Shown: positions 8,883 to 19,399 of the stretch, one piece after another | How the letters are laid out: each line of letters starts with the position of its first letter | Numbering within the stretch: position 1 is the stretch's first letter | Assembly: GCA_902792435.1 (NCBI GenBank) | Contig: CADAZN010000014.1 | Coordinates: forward strand, 40,224 to 104,223 | Length of the DNA stretch: 64,000 nt | Direction: 5' to 3' | Origin: an uncultured Bacteroidales bacterium | GTDB lineage: Bacteria; Bacteroidota; Bacteroidia; Bacteroidales; Muribaculaceae | Program-made: the position numbers and the translations under genes | Notes under the pieces: generated by a model | What the model was told of the DNA's origin: nothing | The model's input: the letters and a program-made list of their open reading frames with translations, nothing else | The model's database searches: none

Positions 8883-10502
8883 TTACTTGTAAAGGAAGCG
8901 TTTGATGCTCATCTTCGGGGTTTTCTCGAAGGGTGCTTCCATTAGTTCTACCTTTGAAATTTTGCTGTAGCCAGGGAGCGATTTGTTGGCTTCGGTGCGA
9001 ATTTCACCGGCTATCTCGTCCTTTGCCTCATCGGTAGTATCTTCGGGAAGTTCACTGTAGACAAGGGCAATTATCTTACCGTCACGGTCCACCACAAGGC
9101 ACTCGTCAACATGTTGGCAGTTGGCCAGCACTGCTTCCACCTCTTCGGGGTAGATGTTTTGACCCGAGGAGTTGAGAATCATCGATTTGATGCGGCCTCT
9201 GATGAAGATGTTGTTGTTTTTGTCCATAATGCCCAGGTCGCCAGTGCGGAACCATCCATCATCGGTGAACGAAGCTGCAGTGGCTTCGGGATTCTTGTAA
9301 TAACCAATGGTAAGGTTGGCGCCACGAGCTTGGATTTCGCCGGCTTGGTGTTGTGGGTCTTCGCTGTCGATGCGCACCTCATGCACGGGTTTGCCGCATG
9401 AACCAGGTACAAATTCTTTCCACCACGAATATCCCAGTAGCGGGCATGCCTCGGTCATGCCGTAGCCCACGGTGAACGGCAGTTTCATCTTCTTGAAGCA
9501 TTTTTCAGCCTCGGGATTGAGGGCCGCGCCTCCCATAATGAAGCATTGCACCTGACCTCCAAACACCTTCATGATTGTTTTGCGGGCCATGGTATAAATA
9601 AGTCGTTTCATGCCTGGAATCATGAACAGCTTTTTCCTTTTCTCTAAAGCGGGCTTGATGGAATTGGCATACACTTTCTCCATCACAAGGGGCACTGTAA
9701 TCACCATGTAGGGCCTCACTTCCTGCATCGCTTTCAAGAGGGTAGTGGGAGAGGGTGTCTTGCCTAGGAAATAGACGGTTACACCATCCACATTGGGATG
9801 GATGAACTCGATTGCCAGGCCATACATGTGTGCCATGGGTAGCATCGAGACGATGGTCTCGCCAGGGGTGTTGGGGAAATGGGTGTTGGCAAAATCATCG
9901 GTGTCACTCATCGCACCATAGGTGAGCATCACGCCCTTGGGGGTGCCAGTGGTTCCCGATGTGTAGTTGATGATAGCTAGGTCATGGAAGTTGTCGCCAG
10001 GATAAGTCAAATCTCCCGGCATCATTCCGTTTGGATATTGTTTATTAAAAACTTCTTCGCGCTTCTCCCAAGCATCAGCCACAGCCTCGTCGCGATGCCA
10101 CAGCAAGTTGTTGTCCTTCACGTTGATGGTGGCACGGAGGTTTGGCATGTCATCGGGGTTCATCTTTGCCCAAATGTCATCGTTGGTAAAGAGAATCACA
10201 CTATCTGAATGGTTGGTGAGCTTAGATACGCTGTCGGGGTGGAAGTCGGCAAGGATAGGCACTACCACACATTCGTTCACGTTGACGCCCCAGAAGGCCA
10301 TCGCCCAACGGGCAGAGTTGCGGGCACAGATGGCGATTTTGTCGCCTTTTTTGATTCCTGTGGCGGCAAAAAATAGTCTCATCTGCTCAACGTGAGTGGC
10401 AAGATTGCCGTAAGTGAATGACTCGCCTCCGTAGTCACAGAGTGCTTTCAGATTCCAATGATTGCGTACAGTGTTCTCTAGTGTCTTCAGATAGTGTTTC
10501 AT
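8883..10502 (-). CDS. AMP-dependent synthetase/ligase (long-chain fatty acid-CoA ligase-like)
   Basis: Adenylate-forming core motifs YTSGTTGTPKGV, GYGMTE and TGDLG. Confidence 0.85.
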   Translation of the reverse strand: MKHYLKTLENTVRNHWNLKALCDYGGESFTYGNLATHVEQMRLFFAATGIKKGDKIAICARNSARWAMAFWGVNVNECVVVPILADFHPDSVSKLTNHSDSVILFTNDDIWAKMNPDDMPNLRATINVKDNNLLWHRDEAVADAWEKREEVFNKQYPNGMMPGDLTYPGDNFHDLAIINYTSGTTGTPKGVMLTYGAMSDTDDFANTHFPNTPGETIVSMLPMAHMYGLAIEFIHPNVDGVTVYFLGKTPSPTTLLKAMQEVRPYMVITVPLVMEKVYANSIKPALEKRKKLFMIPGMKRLIYTMARKTIMKVFGGQVQCFIMGGAALNPEAEKCFKKMKLPFTVGYGMTEACPLLGYSWWKEFVPGSCGKPVHEVRIDSEDPQHQAGEIQARGANLTIGYYKNPEATAASFTDDGWFRTGDLGIMDKNNNIFIRGRIKSMILNSSGQNIYPEEVEAVLANCQHVDECLVVDRDGKIIALVYSELPEDTTDEAKDEIAGEIRTEANKSLPGYSKISKVELMEAPFEKTPKMSIKRFLYK

Positions 10503-10670
10503 GCTTTATAGTTTTTAAGAGCAACAAAATTACAAAAAATAATTGAATCATTAAAAGTAATGGTAATTATTTTGATTTTTAGTCTTTAACTATAAAGCAA
10601 ACGAGCCTATAAAAGTGTATCCCTACACCTTTACAAGCTACTTTTATTTAGCCATAGGTTAAAGCAGTGT

Positions 10671-10988
10671 TTAGATAACCACTGCTGTCCCACTGGTGGC
10701 AACCATGAGCATCGAGCCATTGGCTCCGATGGTCTCGTAGTCGATATCGATGCCTACTATTGCGTTTGCGCCCATAGCTTGCGCACGCTCAATCATTTCT
10801 CGCAGTGCTGTGTCTTTGGCTTCACGCAGCACTTTCTCATAGCTGCTAGAGCGACCGCCAACTACGTCACGCACACCAGCAAAGAAGTCTTTTACTATGT
10901 TTGCACCAATGATGGTTTCTCCTGTCACCACACCGCGGTATTCGCGAATGGTGTAGCCCTGAATAGAGGGGGTTGTTGAAAGTAACAT
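10671..10988 (-). CDS. YbjQ/UPF0145 family protein
   Basis: The body [24 protein letters not shown]...[13 protein letters not shown] is typical of the ~105-aa YbjQ family. The track start at 11054 is an upstream extension. Confidence 0.75.
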   Translation of the reverse strand: MLLSTTPSIQGYTIREYRGVVTGETIIGANIVKDFFAGVRDVVGGRSSSYEKVLREAKDTALREMIERAQAMGANAIVGIDIDYETIGANGSMLMVATSGTAVVI

Positions 10989-11097
10989 AATATTCTTTTT
11001 TAAATTTATAATTCTATCATTAGACGTCACAATAGGAAGAAAAGTTGCAGACAATTGCGATTTTCTAAGAAATTTCCTGTCGCAGAGGTCTAAACCA

Positions 11098-11988
11098 CTA
11101 TTGTTTCCATCTCCTGAGCATGGGGAAGAAACTGCGCATCATTTTGACATATTCCTCACGAGTCATAGGTTGCGGCAGGTTCTTGTTGACCTCGTCAACA
11201 AATTGCGCGCAATGTTCAATCATCTCATCCATTGTGCAGTCTTGCAGAAATTTGCCATCCTGGTAGCAGTATTTGCAGTAGTCAAAGCAGATGCTGCCAT
11301 CGGCATTGGTGCCGCAGTCCTCGTTCTTGGTCAATGGCATGCCACAACTCTGGCAGAACTGTGGCAATTGGTTAGGAAGCAAGGTTTTCTCCTTGCCAGG
11401 AAACGTGGCTTCGTAGGCGGCAAAGGCTTCTGGATTCTCATCGGCGACGAAATAGCCTTTTGGAGGGCAATAGGTTGCCTCTTCTATGCCATTGCTTTTC
11501 AGCCAGCCTGGAATCAACTCTTGCGCAAGGAAATAGGGCACTTCGGCATCGCGAGGCTCAGCATGGTAATGGATTCCTTTCTTACTTGCGAGCCCAAAGC
11601 CAGCATGCTTGTAGAAGTTTATATTTCCCTCCATGCACAGGAAGCCAATGCCCATCTCGCGCGCCTTGTCAAGTGCATGGTTTAGCAGTTTAAGGCCATA
11701 TCCTTTTCGCTTGTAGTCGGGATGAATGCTGATGGGTCCAAAAGTCCAAGACTGTTGGCTAGTGCCGTCATCAAGCACCAGCTCTGCTTTAGAGAACATG
11801 ATGTGGCCTATTATCTTGCCGTCCACTTCCATCACGAGGTCGAGTTCGGGGATAAAGTCGGGGTCGTTCCTGAACCGATTGAGCACAAAATGCTCATAGC
11901 ATCCTGGGCGGTAAACGTTCCAAAACGCCTCTCGTGTGAGGTTCTCCACCTCGCGGTAGTCGCAAGGTTGTTCTAATCTTATCTTCAT
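11098..11988 (-). CDS. GNAT N-acetyltransferase fused to a C-terminal Cys-rich zinc-ribbon domain
   Basis: GNAT core (GHIMFS...[20 protein letters not shown]) plus CQSCGMP...CFDYCKYC. The ATG at 11988 sits 18 nt downstream of a TAACTTTG -7 box, and the track's TTG start lies inside that box. Confidence 0.75.
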   Translation of the reverse strand: MKIRLEQPCDYREVENLTREAFWNVYRPGCYEHFVLNRFRNDPDFIPELDLVMEVDGKIIGHIMFSKAELVLDDGTSQQSWTFGPISIHPDYKRKGYGLKLLNHALDKAREMGIGFLCMEGNINFYKHAGFGLASKKGIHYHAEPRDAEVPYFLAQELIPGWLKSNGIEEATYCPPKGYFVADENPEAFAAYEATFPGKEKTLLPNQLPQFCQSCGMPLTKNEDCGTNADGSICFDYCKYCYQDGKFLQDCTMDEMIEHCAQFVDEVNKNLPQPMTREEYVKMMRSFFPMLRRWKQ

Positions 11989-12006
11989 TGTCGCTTGTTT
12001 TAATTG

Positions 12007-12014
12007 CAAAGTTA
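12007..12014 (-). promoter_or_regulatory. -7 box TAACTTTG (minus strand) for the GNAT/zinc-ribbon gene
   Basis: The reverse complement of caaagtta matches TAnnTTTG, 18 nt upstream of the ATG at 11988. Confidence 0.45.
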
Positions 12015-12035
12015 AGAAAAAAGCACATCACATGC

Positions 12036-12070
12036 AACTATGAACTCTTAACTGTGAACTATGAACTAAA
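12036..12070. repeat. Heptad array AACTNTG x5, abutting the TonB-receptor stop codon
   Basis: aactatg aactctt aactgtg aactatg aactaaa. Confidence 0.75.
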
Positions 12071-12071
12071 C

Positions 12072-14441
12072 TCACATTCTTGCTTTCTGCTTCTCGCCGG
12101 CGCCTGAGCCGCGGTACTTGCTGCCTGCGGCGTTGAATTTCCAGGTGAGATCGAGCATAAAGGTGCGGCGGGCGGGATTATATGTTGATATCTCTCGTAT
12201 TCCATAGATTACAGCACCAGTCTTGTTGGTGTTGAAAATGTCGTTGCAACGCAGGTCGGCAGTCAGTGTTCCCAGGCGTCCCAAGCTGAAGTCACGTTGG
12301 ATGCCCAGCGATGTGTTGAAACGGGTTTTGGTAAGGCGGAAGTTGTTGTAGTCACCACGTGACGCCCATACCATGACGGCGCTCAAACGGAAGCCCTTTG
12401 GCAGCTCAATATCATTTTGCCACACGAGGTTCACATAGGGATGGTTGAGTGTGAGGATTGAACCATCGGCGCAAGGAGTCTTATAGTTCTGGAACACTGC
12501 AAATGCACTCCACTGTGGATGCCAGCAACCAATCACTGGTCGCGCCACAAAGTTGATTGAGAGTTGGTTGAAGTCCTCGGTGCTATTGATTGGGCGCACG
12601 AGGCTCACCAATGGATCATCGGCACCTGGATAAGGTTCGGTCGACATTGTCTCACAGTCCTTGATGCGACCATAGTTAAGGGTGAGGTTCATCCACTTGT
12701 AGGCAGTGTTGAGCACGAGGCTGTGAGTGTAGGTAGGCTTCAGGTAAGGATTTCCGCTCTGGTAGGTGTAGCGGTTGATATACACAGTTGAACTGGTGAG
12801 ACTGCCATAGTTGGGACGCTGGATGTCGCGACGATAAGAGAGCGACAGTTGCACGTCGCCAATGGGCATGGTGATTGCTGCGGTGGGGAACCAGTCGCCG
12901 TAGTTGCGGCACACCTCGTCCTCGCGCACGCCAAAGTTGTAGTAGTCGTTCTTGAGGTGCTCATAGCGCAGTCCCACTTGTGCAAACACTCGGCCAAACA
13001 GTCTACCATATTCCACAAATGCTGCTGTTGAGGACTCGTTGATCTTGGTGTCGGTAGCCTTAACTGGTACAGCATCGGTAGCGGTGAACGAGTAAGCGTC
13101 GGTGCGATGGTTGTGTGAGTACTCGCCGCCGAGCGACAAGTTGCCTTTCCACACGGGATAAGAGAAGATTAATTTTGTTGCCCAGAAGTCGTTGCCGCTG
13201 CTGGTGTTGCTCTCAATGCTGCGTTGTGAGGTCTCTCCTGTAGCCGATGTGGCAGTCTCAACTGTGCTACCCGGAGTCTCAGTCTTGTCAAAGAGTCCGT
13301 CCACATTGAAGTCGATGCCAAGTTTGCCAATCTTGCCGTTGTAGTAGGCGTTGAAGATATGTTTCTTAAAGGTGTCACTTTGCCTGATGTCGCTCTCGGA
13401 ATGCTCTGTCAAGATGCCGTTCACATAGTTGTCGGTATAGAACATGTCGCTGAAATCGGTGCCGGGGTGGCGGTCATATTTATAGAATGCTCCCAAGCTA
13501 TGGTTCTCGTTAAACATATAGTTCACCTGCAATTGTGGCGACCAGCCTTTCCAGATGTTTTTGCCTTCCTGAGTTGTCACGCTCTTAATGTGGTCGGGAC
13601 CAACGTAGTAGATAAGCTCGTTGTCCTGCAGCTGCTTGGTGTGACCATAGCGTCCTGCCCAGAACGAGGCGGTGAGGTCAAGACCACCCGTGCGGTAGTT
13701 CATGTCGAGGTTGTTGGCAATGGTGTATCCATATTGATACATTCCATTCAGGTTATTCTGGAAGCTGAATCCCTCACCTTGTGCCTTCTTGAGCTGGATG
13801 CGCACAACGGCCTTGGTCGATGCGGCATAGCGTGCACCGGGGTTCTGGATTACATCAACGTGCTCGATTTGATCGGAACGCAGGCGCGAGAGCTCGCTCA
13901 TGTCTTGAACCTTGCGGCCGTTGATATACACCTCGGCATCGCCACGGCCAAGCACCTTCACGCCGCCGTCGCGCTCAGCTTCGAGCGATGGCACTCTCGC
14001 TAGTGCATCGGCCACAGTTCCAGCCTTCTCAAGGATAGTGCCTTCGATAGTGGTGCGCATAGCGTCACCCTTCACACGCGTTTTAGGCAGCTTGCTCACC
14101 ACTACCACCTCGCCCAGCAGTGTGGCTTCGGGCTGCAGGATGATTGTTCCCAGGTCAACAGCGCTTGAGTTGATATACAATGTCTGATAACCTATATAAG
14201 AAATCTTTACCAGTCCACCATTTTGCAAGGAGGTAAGGTTAAACGCGCCTTGCTCGTCGGTGATGCCGCCCTGCACATAGGCCGAGTCGGGCATCGATAG
14301 AATCACAACGTTGACAAATGGCATGGGCTCGCCATTCTCGTCAACAACTTTGCCGTTAACATCGGGAGTTTTTGCTACGGCGCTCAAAGCCATCATCATG
14401 ACAGCCATTAGAGCGGTAATTCTCAAAACTAAATCTTTCAT
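12072..14441 (-). CDS. TonB-dependent receptor-like outer-membrane protein with N-terminal CarboxypepD_reg-like domain
   Basis: Signal peptide, then GKVVDENGEPMPFVNVV (carboxypeptidase-regulatory-like), a plug-like segment and a long beta-rich C-terminus. Confidence 0.7.
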   Translation of the reverse strand: MKDLVLRITALMAVMMMALSAVAKTPDVNGKVVDENGEPMPFVNVVILSMPDSAYVQGGITDEQGAFNLTSLQNGGLVKISYIGYQTLYINSSAVDLGTIILQPEATLLGEVVVVSKLPKTRVKGDAMRTTIEGTILEKAGTVADALARVPSLEAERDGGVKVLGRGDAEVYINGRKVQDMSELSRLRSDQIEHVDVIQNPGARYAASTKAVVRIQLKKAQGEGFSFQNNLNGMYQYGYTIANNLDMNYRTGGLDLTASFWAGRYGHTKQLQDNELIYYVGPDHIKSVTTQEGKNIWKGWSPQLQVNYMFNENHSLGAFYKYDRHPGTDFSDMFYTDNYVNGILTEHSESDIRQSDTFKKHIFNAYYNGKIGKLGIDFNVDGLFDKTETPGSTVETATSATGETSQRSIESNTSSGNDFWATKLIFSYPVWKGNLSLGGEYSHNHRTDAYSFTATDAVPVKATDTKINESSTAAFVEYGRLFGRVFAQVGLRYEHLKNDYYNFGVREDEVCRNYGDWFPTAAITMPIGDVQLSLSYRRDIQRPNYGSLTSSTVYINRYTYQSGNPYLKPTYTHSLVLNTAYKWMNLTLNYGRIKDCETMSTEPYPGADDPLVSLVRPINSTEDFNQLSINFVARPVIGCWHPQWSAFAVFQNYKTPCADGSILTLNHPYVNLVWQNDIELPKGFRLSAVMVWASRGDYNNFRLTKTRFNTSLGIQRDFSLGRLGTLTADLRCNDIFNTNKTGAVIYGIREISTYNPARRTFMLDLTWKFNAAGSKYRGSGAGEKQKARM

Positions 14442-14691
14442 TTTACCTTATTTTTTAATTATACAATGTTATTTGCTTTGTTCTCACGTTTGACATAATG
14501 AGCGTTGAAAATGTTTCGGCGGTTTTAATGTTGTTCTCAACTTTTTAAACATTTTAACAATGACCATGTTTTAAAAAATCATGAACAGCGGTTTATCGTC
14601 TGCATGATTTTGACGCAAAATTACTACTAGAATTACAGCAATAACAAGCTTTTGGGATATTCTGCACGCTTTTGTGACGAATGGCAGAGAA

Positions 14692-14731
14692 ATATAAAAA
14701 ATGCTTGGTGACACTAACGGTACCAAGCATT
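14692..14731 (-). terminator. Rho-independent terminator of the S8 peptidase gene
   Basis: A 10-bp perfect stem aatgcttggt/accaagcatt (14700-14731) is followed on the minus strand by a T-run (complement of the A-run ending at 14700). Confidence 0.6.
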
Positions 14732-14802
14732 ATTAATTGTGCATTTATTCAGTTCTGCTCTCACTTAAAAATGCGATTAAGCGAGACAAAGGATGAGCTT
14801 GC

Positions 14803-16845
14803 TCAATGCTTTGCGGTGATGTCAAACCATAGGTTGCTGAGGGCTTTAGGGTTGTCGTGTGAGACAGTGCTGATTGGGGTCATTCCCTTGATGTATTCTA
14901 TGCCGGCTGCAGCGTCAATCTTGCCATAGCCCCACTTGATGGGGTTGACGGCAGTGAACTCGTCGTTGTGCGAGGTGGCGGCGAGCACTTCTTTTATTTC
15001 ATCTAATGTGAGAGTGGGGTCGGCTTGTAGCCACAGGGCGATGATGCCGCTCACAGTTGGGCACGACATCGAGGTGCCACTCATGCTGCTGTAAGGGAAT
15101 CCCTGCCACTGCATTGTCTCGGCAATCTCCTTGTCACATGTGTAGTGGTTGATAGACGACACGATGTTGGTGCCTGGAGCGGTAACAACGGGCTGTGCCA
15201 CACCGTTGAACGACGTTCCATAGCTTGAAGAGTAACTGATGTCATAAAGTGTGTTAAGCATGCTCGCATCAGCGACATTGCCAGTGTAAAGACGGCTGGA
15301 GGTGTTTGTCACATAATTGCCCACACTGATAACACGTGGCGTCGATGTCCAATCGCCACACGAGAACTCACTGTCGCCAGGGGTGAAACCTTCTAAACTC
15401 TCGGTGCCAATTACATCAAATCCTCCTGTCGTTTCCCACAAATCCATCTCGATGGGAGAAGTTGACGACAGCAAAATGAAGAACGGGTAACGCCTGGGGA
15501 GAAAGCCAGTTGCGGCAGCTGTGAGATCAATCTTGCCGTCAACAACTGAGCCATATATCGCCACAAAGCCATCCTGCATGTAATTTCCAAGAATCTCATC
15601 CTCGTCGCTAAATATCTCAACAGCTCCATTCTGGGTCAGGGAGATAGTGCATGGCTCTGATAGCCACAACGTCTCGGCGTCACCGCGATTTGCTATGCCA
15701 ATCTGAACATTTAACACATCGTTCTCGCCCAACTCGTAGCGTGAAAAGCCGCGCACTACCGAGCCAAGCAACCTCATTGTGTTGCCCTCTTCGTCAAAGG
15801 TAGTCATTGCTCGGGCAAGAAGCGCCTTCATGCTGCTGTTCTCCTCATCAAATGCCTTGTAAATGTGAACAGCGCTACCACCTTCATTTCCAACACTGAG
15901 CACGGGAATGACTTGATTAGACAACTCTTCAATGAGTTCAGGCATTGTGCCTGTGCCATTGTGGGGGCCATAGTGCGAGTTCATGCTTGCGCTAAGCACA
16001 ATGGGAGTTTCGATTTGCTTAGCATAATGTGCTACGAACTGGAAGGCAATTTCATTCACATCATCCTCGCTCTCAATCGACACCAGCACAATGTCGGCAT
16101 CGGGTGCCATGCCACCAAACCCCAGTGGTGAGCGACTGCCAGCGGCAATGCCAGCGGTGTGGGTGCCATGATCGCGATATTCGGTATCGGTGGTGAGAGT
16201 GGCGATTAGCTCAGGAGTGTCGAACACCGAGCCAGGATACTCTATCGTTCCTGCCTCATCATCCTCGACGATGAACTTGTGGCCACTGTCATCAGTGGGC
16301 ATATACACGCAACGCAGGCGCGTGTTGCCATTGGCATCCTTGAAGGCCGGATGCTGGAAGTCGAAGCCTCCATCCACGACGAATATGGTGATGCCCTCGC
16401 CAGTGTAAACCTCTTCAACACCAGGTGTGGTGCCGTCAATCAGGCTCACGCCAGTCTCCACACGCGAGATATCGGTTTTCAGCTCGCCTTTACTTGTGGC
16501 ATCCACCTTTTTCACGCCCTCAATGGCAACGAGGTCGTCAACATTGCCAGTGGGAATGCTTATCACAGCCTGGTGACCAAGCTTCGACAACACTGTGCCA
16601 CCACATTCACGGATTTGAGCAAACGTGCTTGCCGCATCTTTGGAATCAACCTCCACCACAAGCCTGATGACTGGGCTGGCATCAATAGCCTTAATTTTCT
16701 TGCCATTTGAGTCACGTTGTACCGTCTGTTTTTGCAGTAACGACAGTTGCGCGCTAGATGTTAGTTTGTTGTGTGCGCTCAACATAAAAGCGCATGAGCA
16801 AGCAACAATAGCAAATAATGCAATTTGTAATAATCTGTTTTTCAT
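14803..16845 (-). CDS. S8 family (subtilisin-like) serine peptidase, secreted
   Basis: Catalytic triad contexts VVDGGFD (Asp), HGTHTAGIAAG (His) and SGTSMSCPTVSG (Ser). The signal peptide starts at MKNRLLQIALFAIVA (ATG 16845), so the track start 16896 would overlap the upstream gene. Confidence 0.85.
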   Translation of the reverse strand: MKNRLLQIALFAIVACSCAFMLSAHNKLTSSAQLSLLQKQTVQRDSNGKKIKAIDASPVIRLVVEVDSKDAASTFAQIRECGGTVLSKLGHQAVISIPTGNVDDLVAIEGVKKVDATSKGELKTDISRVETGVSLIDGTTPGVEEVYTGEGITIFVVDGGFDFQHPAFKDANGNTRLRCVYMPTDDSGHKFIVEDDEAGTIEYPGSVFDTPELIATLTTDTEYRDHGTHTAGIAAGSRSPLGFGGMAPDADIVLVSIESEDDVNEIAFQFVAHYAKQIETPIVLSASMNSHYGPHNGTGTMPELIEELSNQVIPVLSVGNEGGSAVHIYKAFDEENSSMKALLARAMTTFDEEGNTMRLLGSVVRGFSRYELGENDVLNVQIGIANRGDAETLWLSEPCTISLTQNGAVEIFSDEDEILGNYMQDGFVAIYGSVVDGKIDLTAAATGFLPRRYPFFILLSSTSPIEMDLWETTGGFDVIGTESLEGFTPGDSEFSCGDWTSTPRVISVGNYVTNTSSRLYTGNVADASMLNTLYDISYSSSYGTSFNGVAQPVVTAPGTNIVSSINHYTCDKEIAETMQWQGFPYSSMSGTSMSCPTVSGIIALWLQADPTLTLDEIKEVLAATSHNDEFTAVNPIKWGYGKIDAAAGIEYIKGMTPISTVSHDNPKALSNLWFDITAKH

Positions 16846-16855
16846 AATTCTTATC

Positions 16856-17791
16856 TTATGTTTTATTATCTGTTTTATCGTTAACGGAAATATCAAGGTT
16901 TTGTGCCTCTTTCTTCTCCCTGCGTTTAAAGGTTATTTTGCTGATATACATGCCAACAAGAATAGGCACCACCGAAAAAAATATTAGTTCAATTATTGCC
17001 TTTAATTCTTCAGTATATGATTTGGGTGTAGTTATCAGTTCGGCTATTGTCAATGCCAGAGCTGCTAACAAGAAACCGCTTACTAATGTAATAATTACTC
17101 TCCAAAAGTTTCCCCAGAAGCCATAACCAAATAACTGCCTGTAGGCATAAAAATAGCATAAGGGAATCAAAATATAGAAAAAGTCACCGAAAGAGTCGGC
17201 AAGGATGTCTACAATGAGAACCTGAATGGCCATGAACACCGTGATGAAGAAACCTTGCGGCAGCGTGTGCTTGGTGTTGCGTGGCGCATAGCGGAAGAGA
17301 CACCATGTGGGAATAATGAAGAAGCATGTCATGATCAACCACCCCCATCCCGGACTGCTCTTAAGCCAGGCAAAGAACTGATCGATCAATGATGAGGAGC
17401 TTGCAACTTCCTTGGTTTTATTGATGCCGAACCAATTATCAATAAGGATACTTATGATTCCCATGACAATCAGCATCTTCATTGGTGGGAACGACACTTG
17501 CCGCTTGCCATTGATATAATCGCTGATGAAATAACCAGGGCGCCAAATCAGCTGCCACAGCGAGTAGAGCATCGAACGGTTGCCCATTCCCCACAGCTCG
17601 CCGATGCTTTGAAGCACATTCTTCCAAGATATCTTTTTCAAACCGGCCTTTTGCGAGCAATGCGGACAAAAATTGCCTGTAAAGTCATGCCCGCAATTCT
17701 CGCAATGATGGCGCTCGTTTTCGTCAAAACTCCAATCGTAGGGATTGATTTGCCATGCCTTGAATCGTTTATATCTTTCTTTTAAGGTCAT
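16856..17791 (-). CDS. DUF3667-type zinc-ribbon membrane protein
   Basis: CENCGH..CPHCSQ zinc ribbon, then WRPGYFISDYINGKRQVSFPPMKML and several TM segments. The ATG at 17791 follows a TACCTTTG -7 box (17806-17813). It is a paralog of 36159..37079. Confidence 0.75.
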   Translation of the reverse strand: MTLKERYKRFKAWQINPYDWSFDENERHHCENCGHDFTGNFCPHCSQKAGLKKISWKNVLQSIGELWGMGNRSMLYSLWQLIWRPGYFISDYINGKRQVSFPPMKMLIVMGIISILIDNWFGINKTKEVASSSSLIDQFFAWLKSSPGWGWLIMTCFFIIPTWCLFRYAPRNTKHTLPQGFFITVFMAIQVLIVDILADSFGDFFYILIPLCYFYAYRQLFGYGFWGNFWRVIITLVSGFLLAALALTIAELITTPKSYTEELKAIIELIFFSVVPILVGMYISKITFKRREKKEAQNLDISVNDKTDNKT

Positions 17792-17805
17792 TAAAAATCT
17801 TTTTG

Positions 17806-17813
17806 CAAAGGTA
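17806..17813 (-). promoter_or_regulatory. -7 box TACCTTTG (minus strand) for the DUF3667 gene
   Basis: The reverse complement of caaaggta matches TAnnTTTG, 14 nt upstream of the ATG at 17791. Confidence 0.45.
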
Positions 17814-17944
17814 GTTTTTTTCTTTCTAAATGACAATTTTGTGAGGCATTTAGATGAAAAGAGTGAATAATTCTGTTTTTTTGGGTAATGAACATAGTTT
17901 TGTGACGAGTGATAACATTATTTCATCATATCCCCAAAAAATTG

Positions 17945-17952
17945 TATCTTTG
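17945..17952 (+). promoter_or_regulatory. -7 box TATCTTTG (alcohol dehydrogenase promoter)
   Basis: Matches TAnnTTTG and lies 29 nt upstream of the ATG at 17981. Confidence 0.5.
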
Positions 17953-17980
17953 CGAAAAAGTTTCTAATAAGATTTTGATT

Positions 17981-19165
17981 ATGATAAAGGATTTCAATTT
18001 TTACGCACCCACACGCGTGGTGTTTGGTCGTGAGTCGGAGAAGAAGATTGGTGAACTGGTAGCTGCCAATGGTGGCAAAAAGGTGCTGATCCACTATGGT
18101 GGCGGCTCGGCGCAGCGGTCGGGCTTGCTCGATGTGGTGCGAGAGCAGTTGCGTGGTGCAGGCATCGCATTCTGCGAGCTGGGCGGCGTGGTGCCCAACC
18201 CATTGCTGTCAAAGGTTCGCGAGGGAATTGAGCTATGCCGTCGCGAGGGAGTGGACTTCATCCTCGCCGTGGGTGGAGGCAGTGTTATCGACTCGTCGAA
18301 GGCGATAGGCTATGGCGTGCCTTACGATGGCGACGTGTGGGACTTCTGGGCAGGAAAGGCTGTGCCCAAGCAGTGCTTGCCCATTGGTGTGGTGCTGACC
18401 ATCCCTGCTGCCGGTAGCGAGATGTCGTCGAGCTGCGTGATTACCGCCGATGAGGGACTGCTCAAGCGCGGCATCAACAGCGACTTGTGCCGATGCCGAT
18501 TTGCCGTGATGAATCCCGAGCGCACCTTCACCCTGCCTCCTTACCAAACGGCAGCCGGTGCCACCGATATAATGATGCACACCATGGAGCGCTACTTCTC
18601 GAAATATGAGGATATGACGCTCACCGACGCCATCAGCGAGGCGCTGCTGCGCACCGTCAAGGATTCAGCGCTGGTAGTGATGCGCAACCCCGAGGACTAT
18701 CGTCATCGTGCCCAAATCATGTGGGCAGGCTCGCTGGCACACAACGACTTGACCGAGTGCGGCACCGAGAAAGACTTTGCCACCCATCGCCTCGAGCATG
18801 AGCTCAGTGCCCTCTTCGGGGTTACCCATGGCGCTGGCTTAGCAGCCATCTGGCCCTCGTGGGCACGCTATGTCAAGGACAAGCACTTGAGCCGATTTGT
18901 GCAGTTTGCCGTCAATGTGATGGGAGTCCCCAACGACTTCTCGCATCCCGAGGAGACTGCCGAACGAGGCATCTGCGCCGTTGAGGTATTCTATCGTCAG
19001 ATTGGTATGCCAACCAACATCCATGAGTTGCTGGGCCGTGAAATCACCGACCAGGAAATCGACACCATGGTCGAGAAATGCTCGCGCGGCGGCACCATCA
19101 CCCTCGGCGCCATGGAGGTCCTCGACACCCAAGCCATGCGCGACATCTACCTTATGGCCCGATGA
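17981..19165 (+). CDS. Iron-containing alcohol dehydrogenase (butanol DH/YqhD-like)
   Basis: Fe-ADH motifs (GGGSVIDSSKAI, the His-rich region HRLEHELSALFGVTHGAGL). The ATG at 17981 follows a TATCTTTG -7 box at 17945-17952, and the track start at 17909 lies upstream of that promoter. Confidence 0.85.
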   Translation: MIKDFNFYAPTRVVFGRESEKKIGELVAANGGKKVLIHYGGGSAQRSGLLDVVREQLRGAGIAFCELGGVVPNPLLSKVREGIELCRREGVDFILAVGGGSVIDSSKAIGYGVPYDGDVWDFWAGKAVPKQCLPIGVVLTIPAAGSEMSSSCVITADEGLLKRGINSDLCRCRFAVMNPERTFTLPPYQTAAGATDIMMHTMERYFSKYEDMTLTDAISEALLRTVKDSALVVMRNPEDYRHRAQIMWAGSLAHNDLTECGTEKDFATHRLEHELSALFGVTHGAGLAAIWPSWARYVKDKHLSRFVQFAVNVMGVPNDFSHPEETAERGICAVEVFYRQIGMPTNIHELLGREITDQEIDTMVEKCSRGGTITLGAMEVLDTQAMRDIYLMAR

Positions 19166-19245
19166 GGGATTAGGGATGAGGGATGAGTGAGCGCTTCGCG
19201 CTGATGAGGGATGAGTGGGTAGTGAGCGCTGATTAAGGACGAAAG
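19163..19245. repeat. Heptad array (G-rich), starting at the ADH stop codon
   Basis: tgaggga ttaggga tgaggga tgagtga gcgcttc gcgctga tgaggga tgagtgg gtagtga gcgctga ttaagga cgaaaga. Confidence 0.8.
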
Positions 19246-19273
19246 ATTAGGGAGGGTTTAAGCCCTCCCTAAT
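19246..19273. terminator. Central hairpin between convergent ADH and M13 peptidase genes
   Basis: Perfect 11-bp stem attagggaggg/ccctccctaat with a 6-nt loop. No clear U-tract is present. Confidence 0.45.
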
Positions 19274-19317
19274 CTATTGAATCAGCTGCACCCCTAAGCT
19301 GGGGATGGGTGTGACAG

Positions 19318-19397
19318 CCTCTCTAATCAATCATCCCTAATCACTCATCTCTAATCACTAATCACTCATCACTCATCCCTCATCCCCAATCAGCGCT
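19318..19397. repeat. Heptad array (C-rich), complement of the 19163-19245 array and abutting the M13 peptidase stop
   Basis: cctctct aatcaat catccct aatcact catctct aatcact aatcact catcact catccct catcccc aatcagc. Confidence 0.8.
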
Positions 19398-19399
19398 CC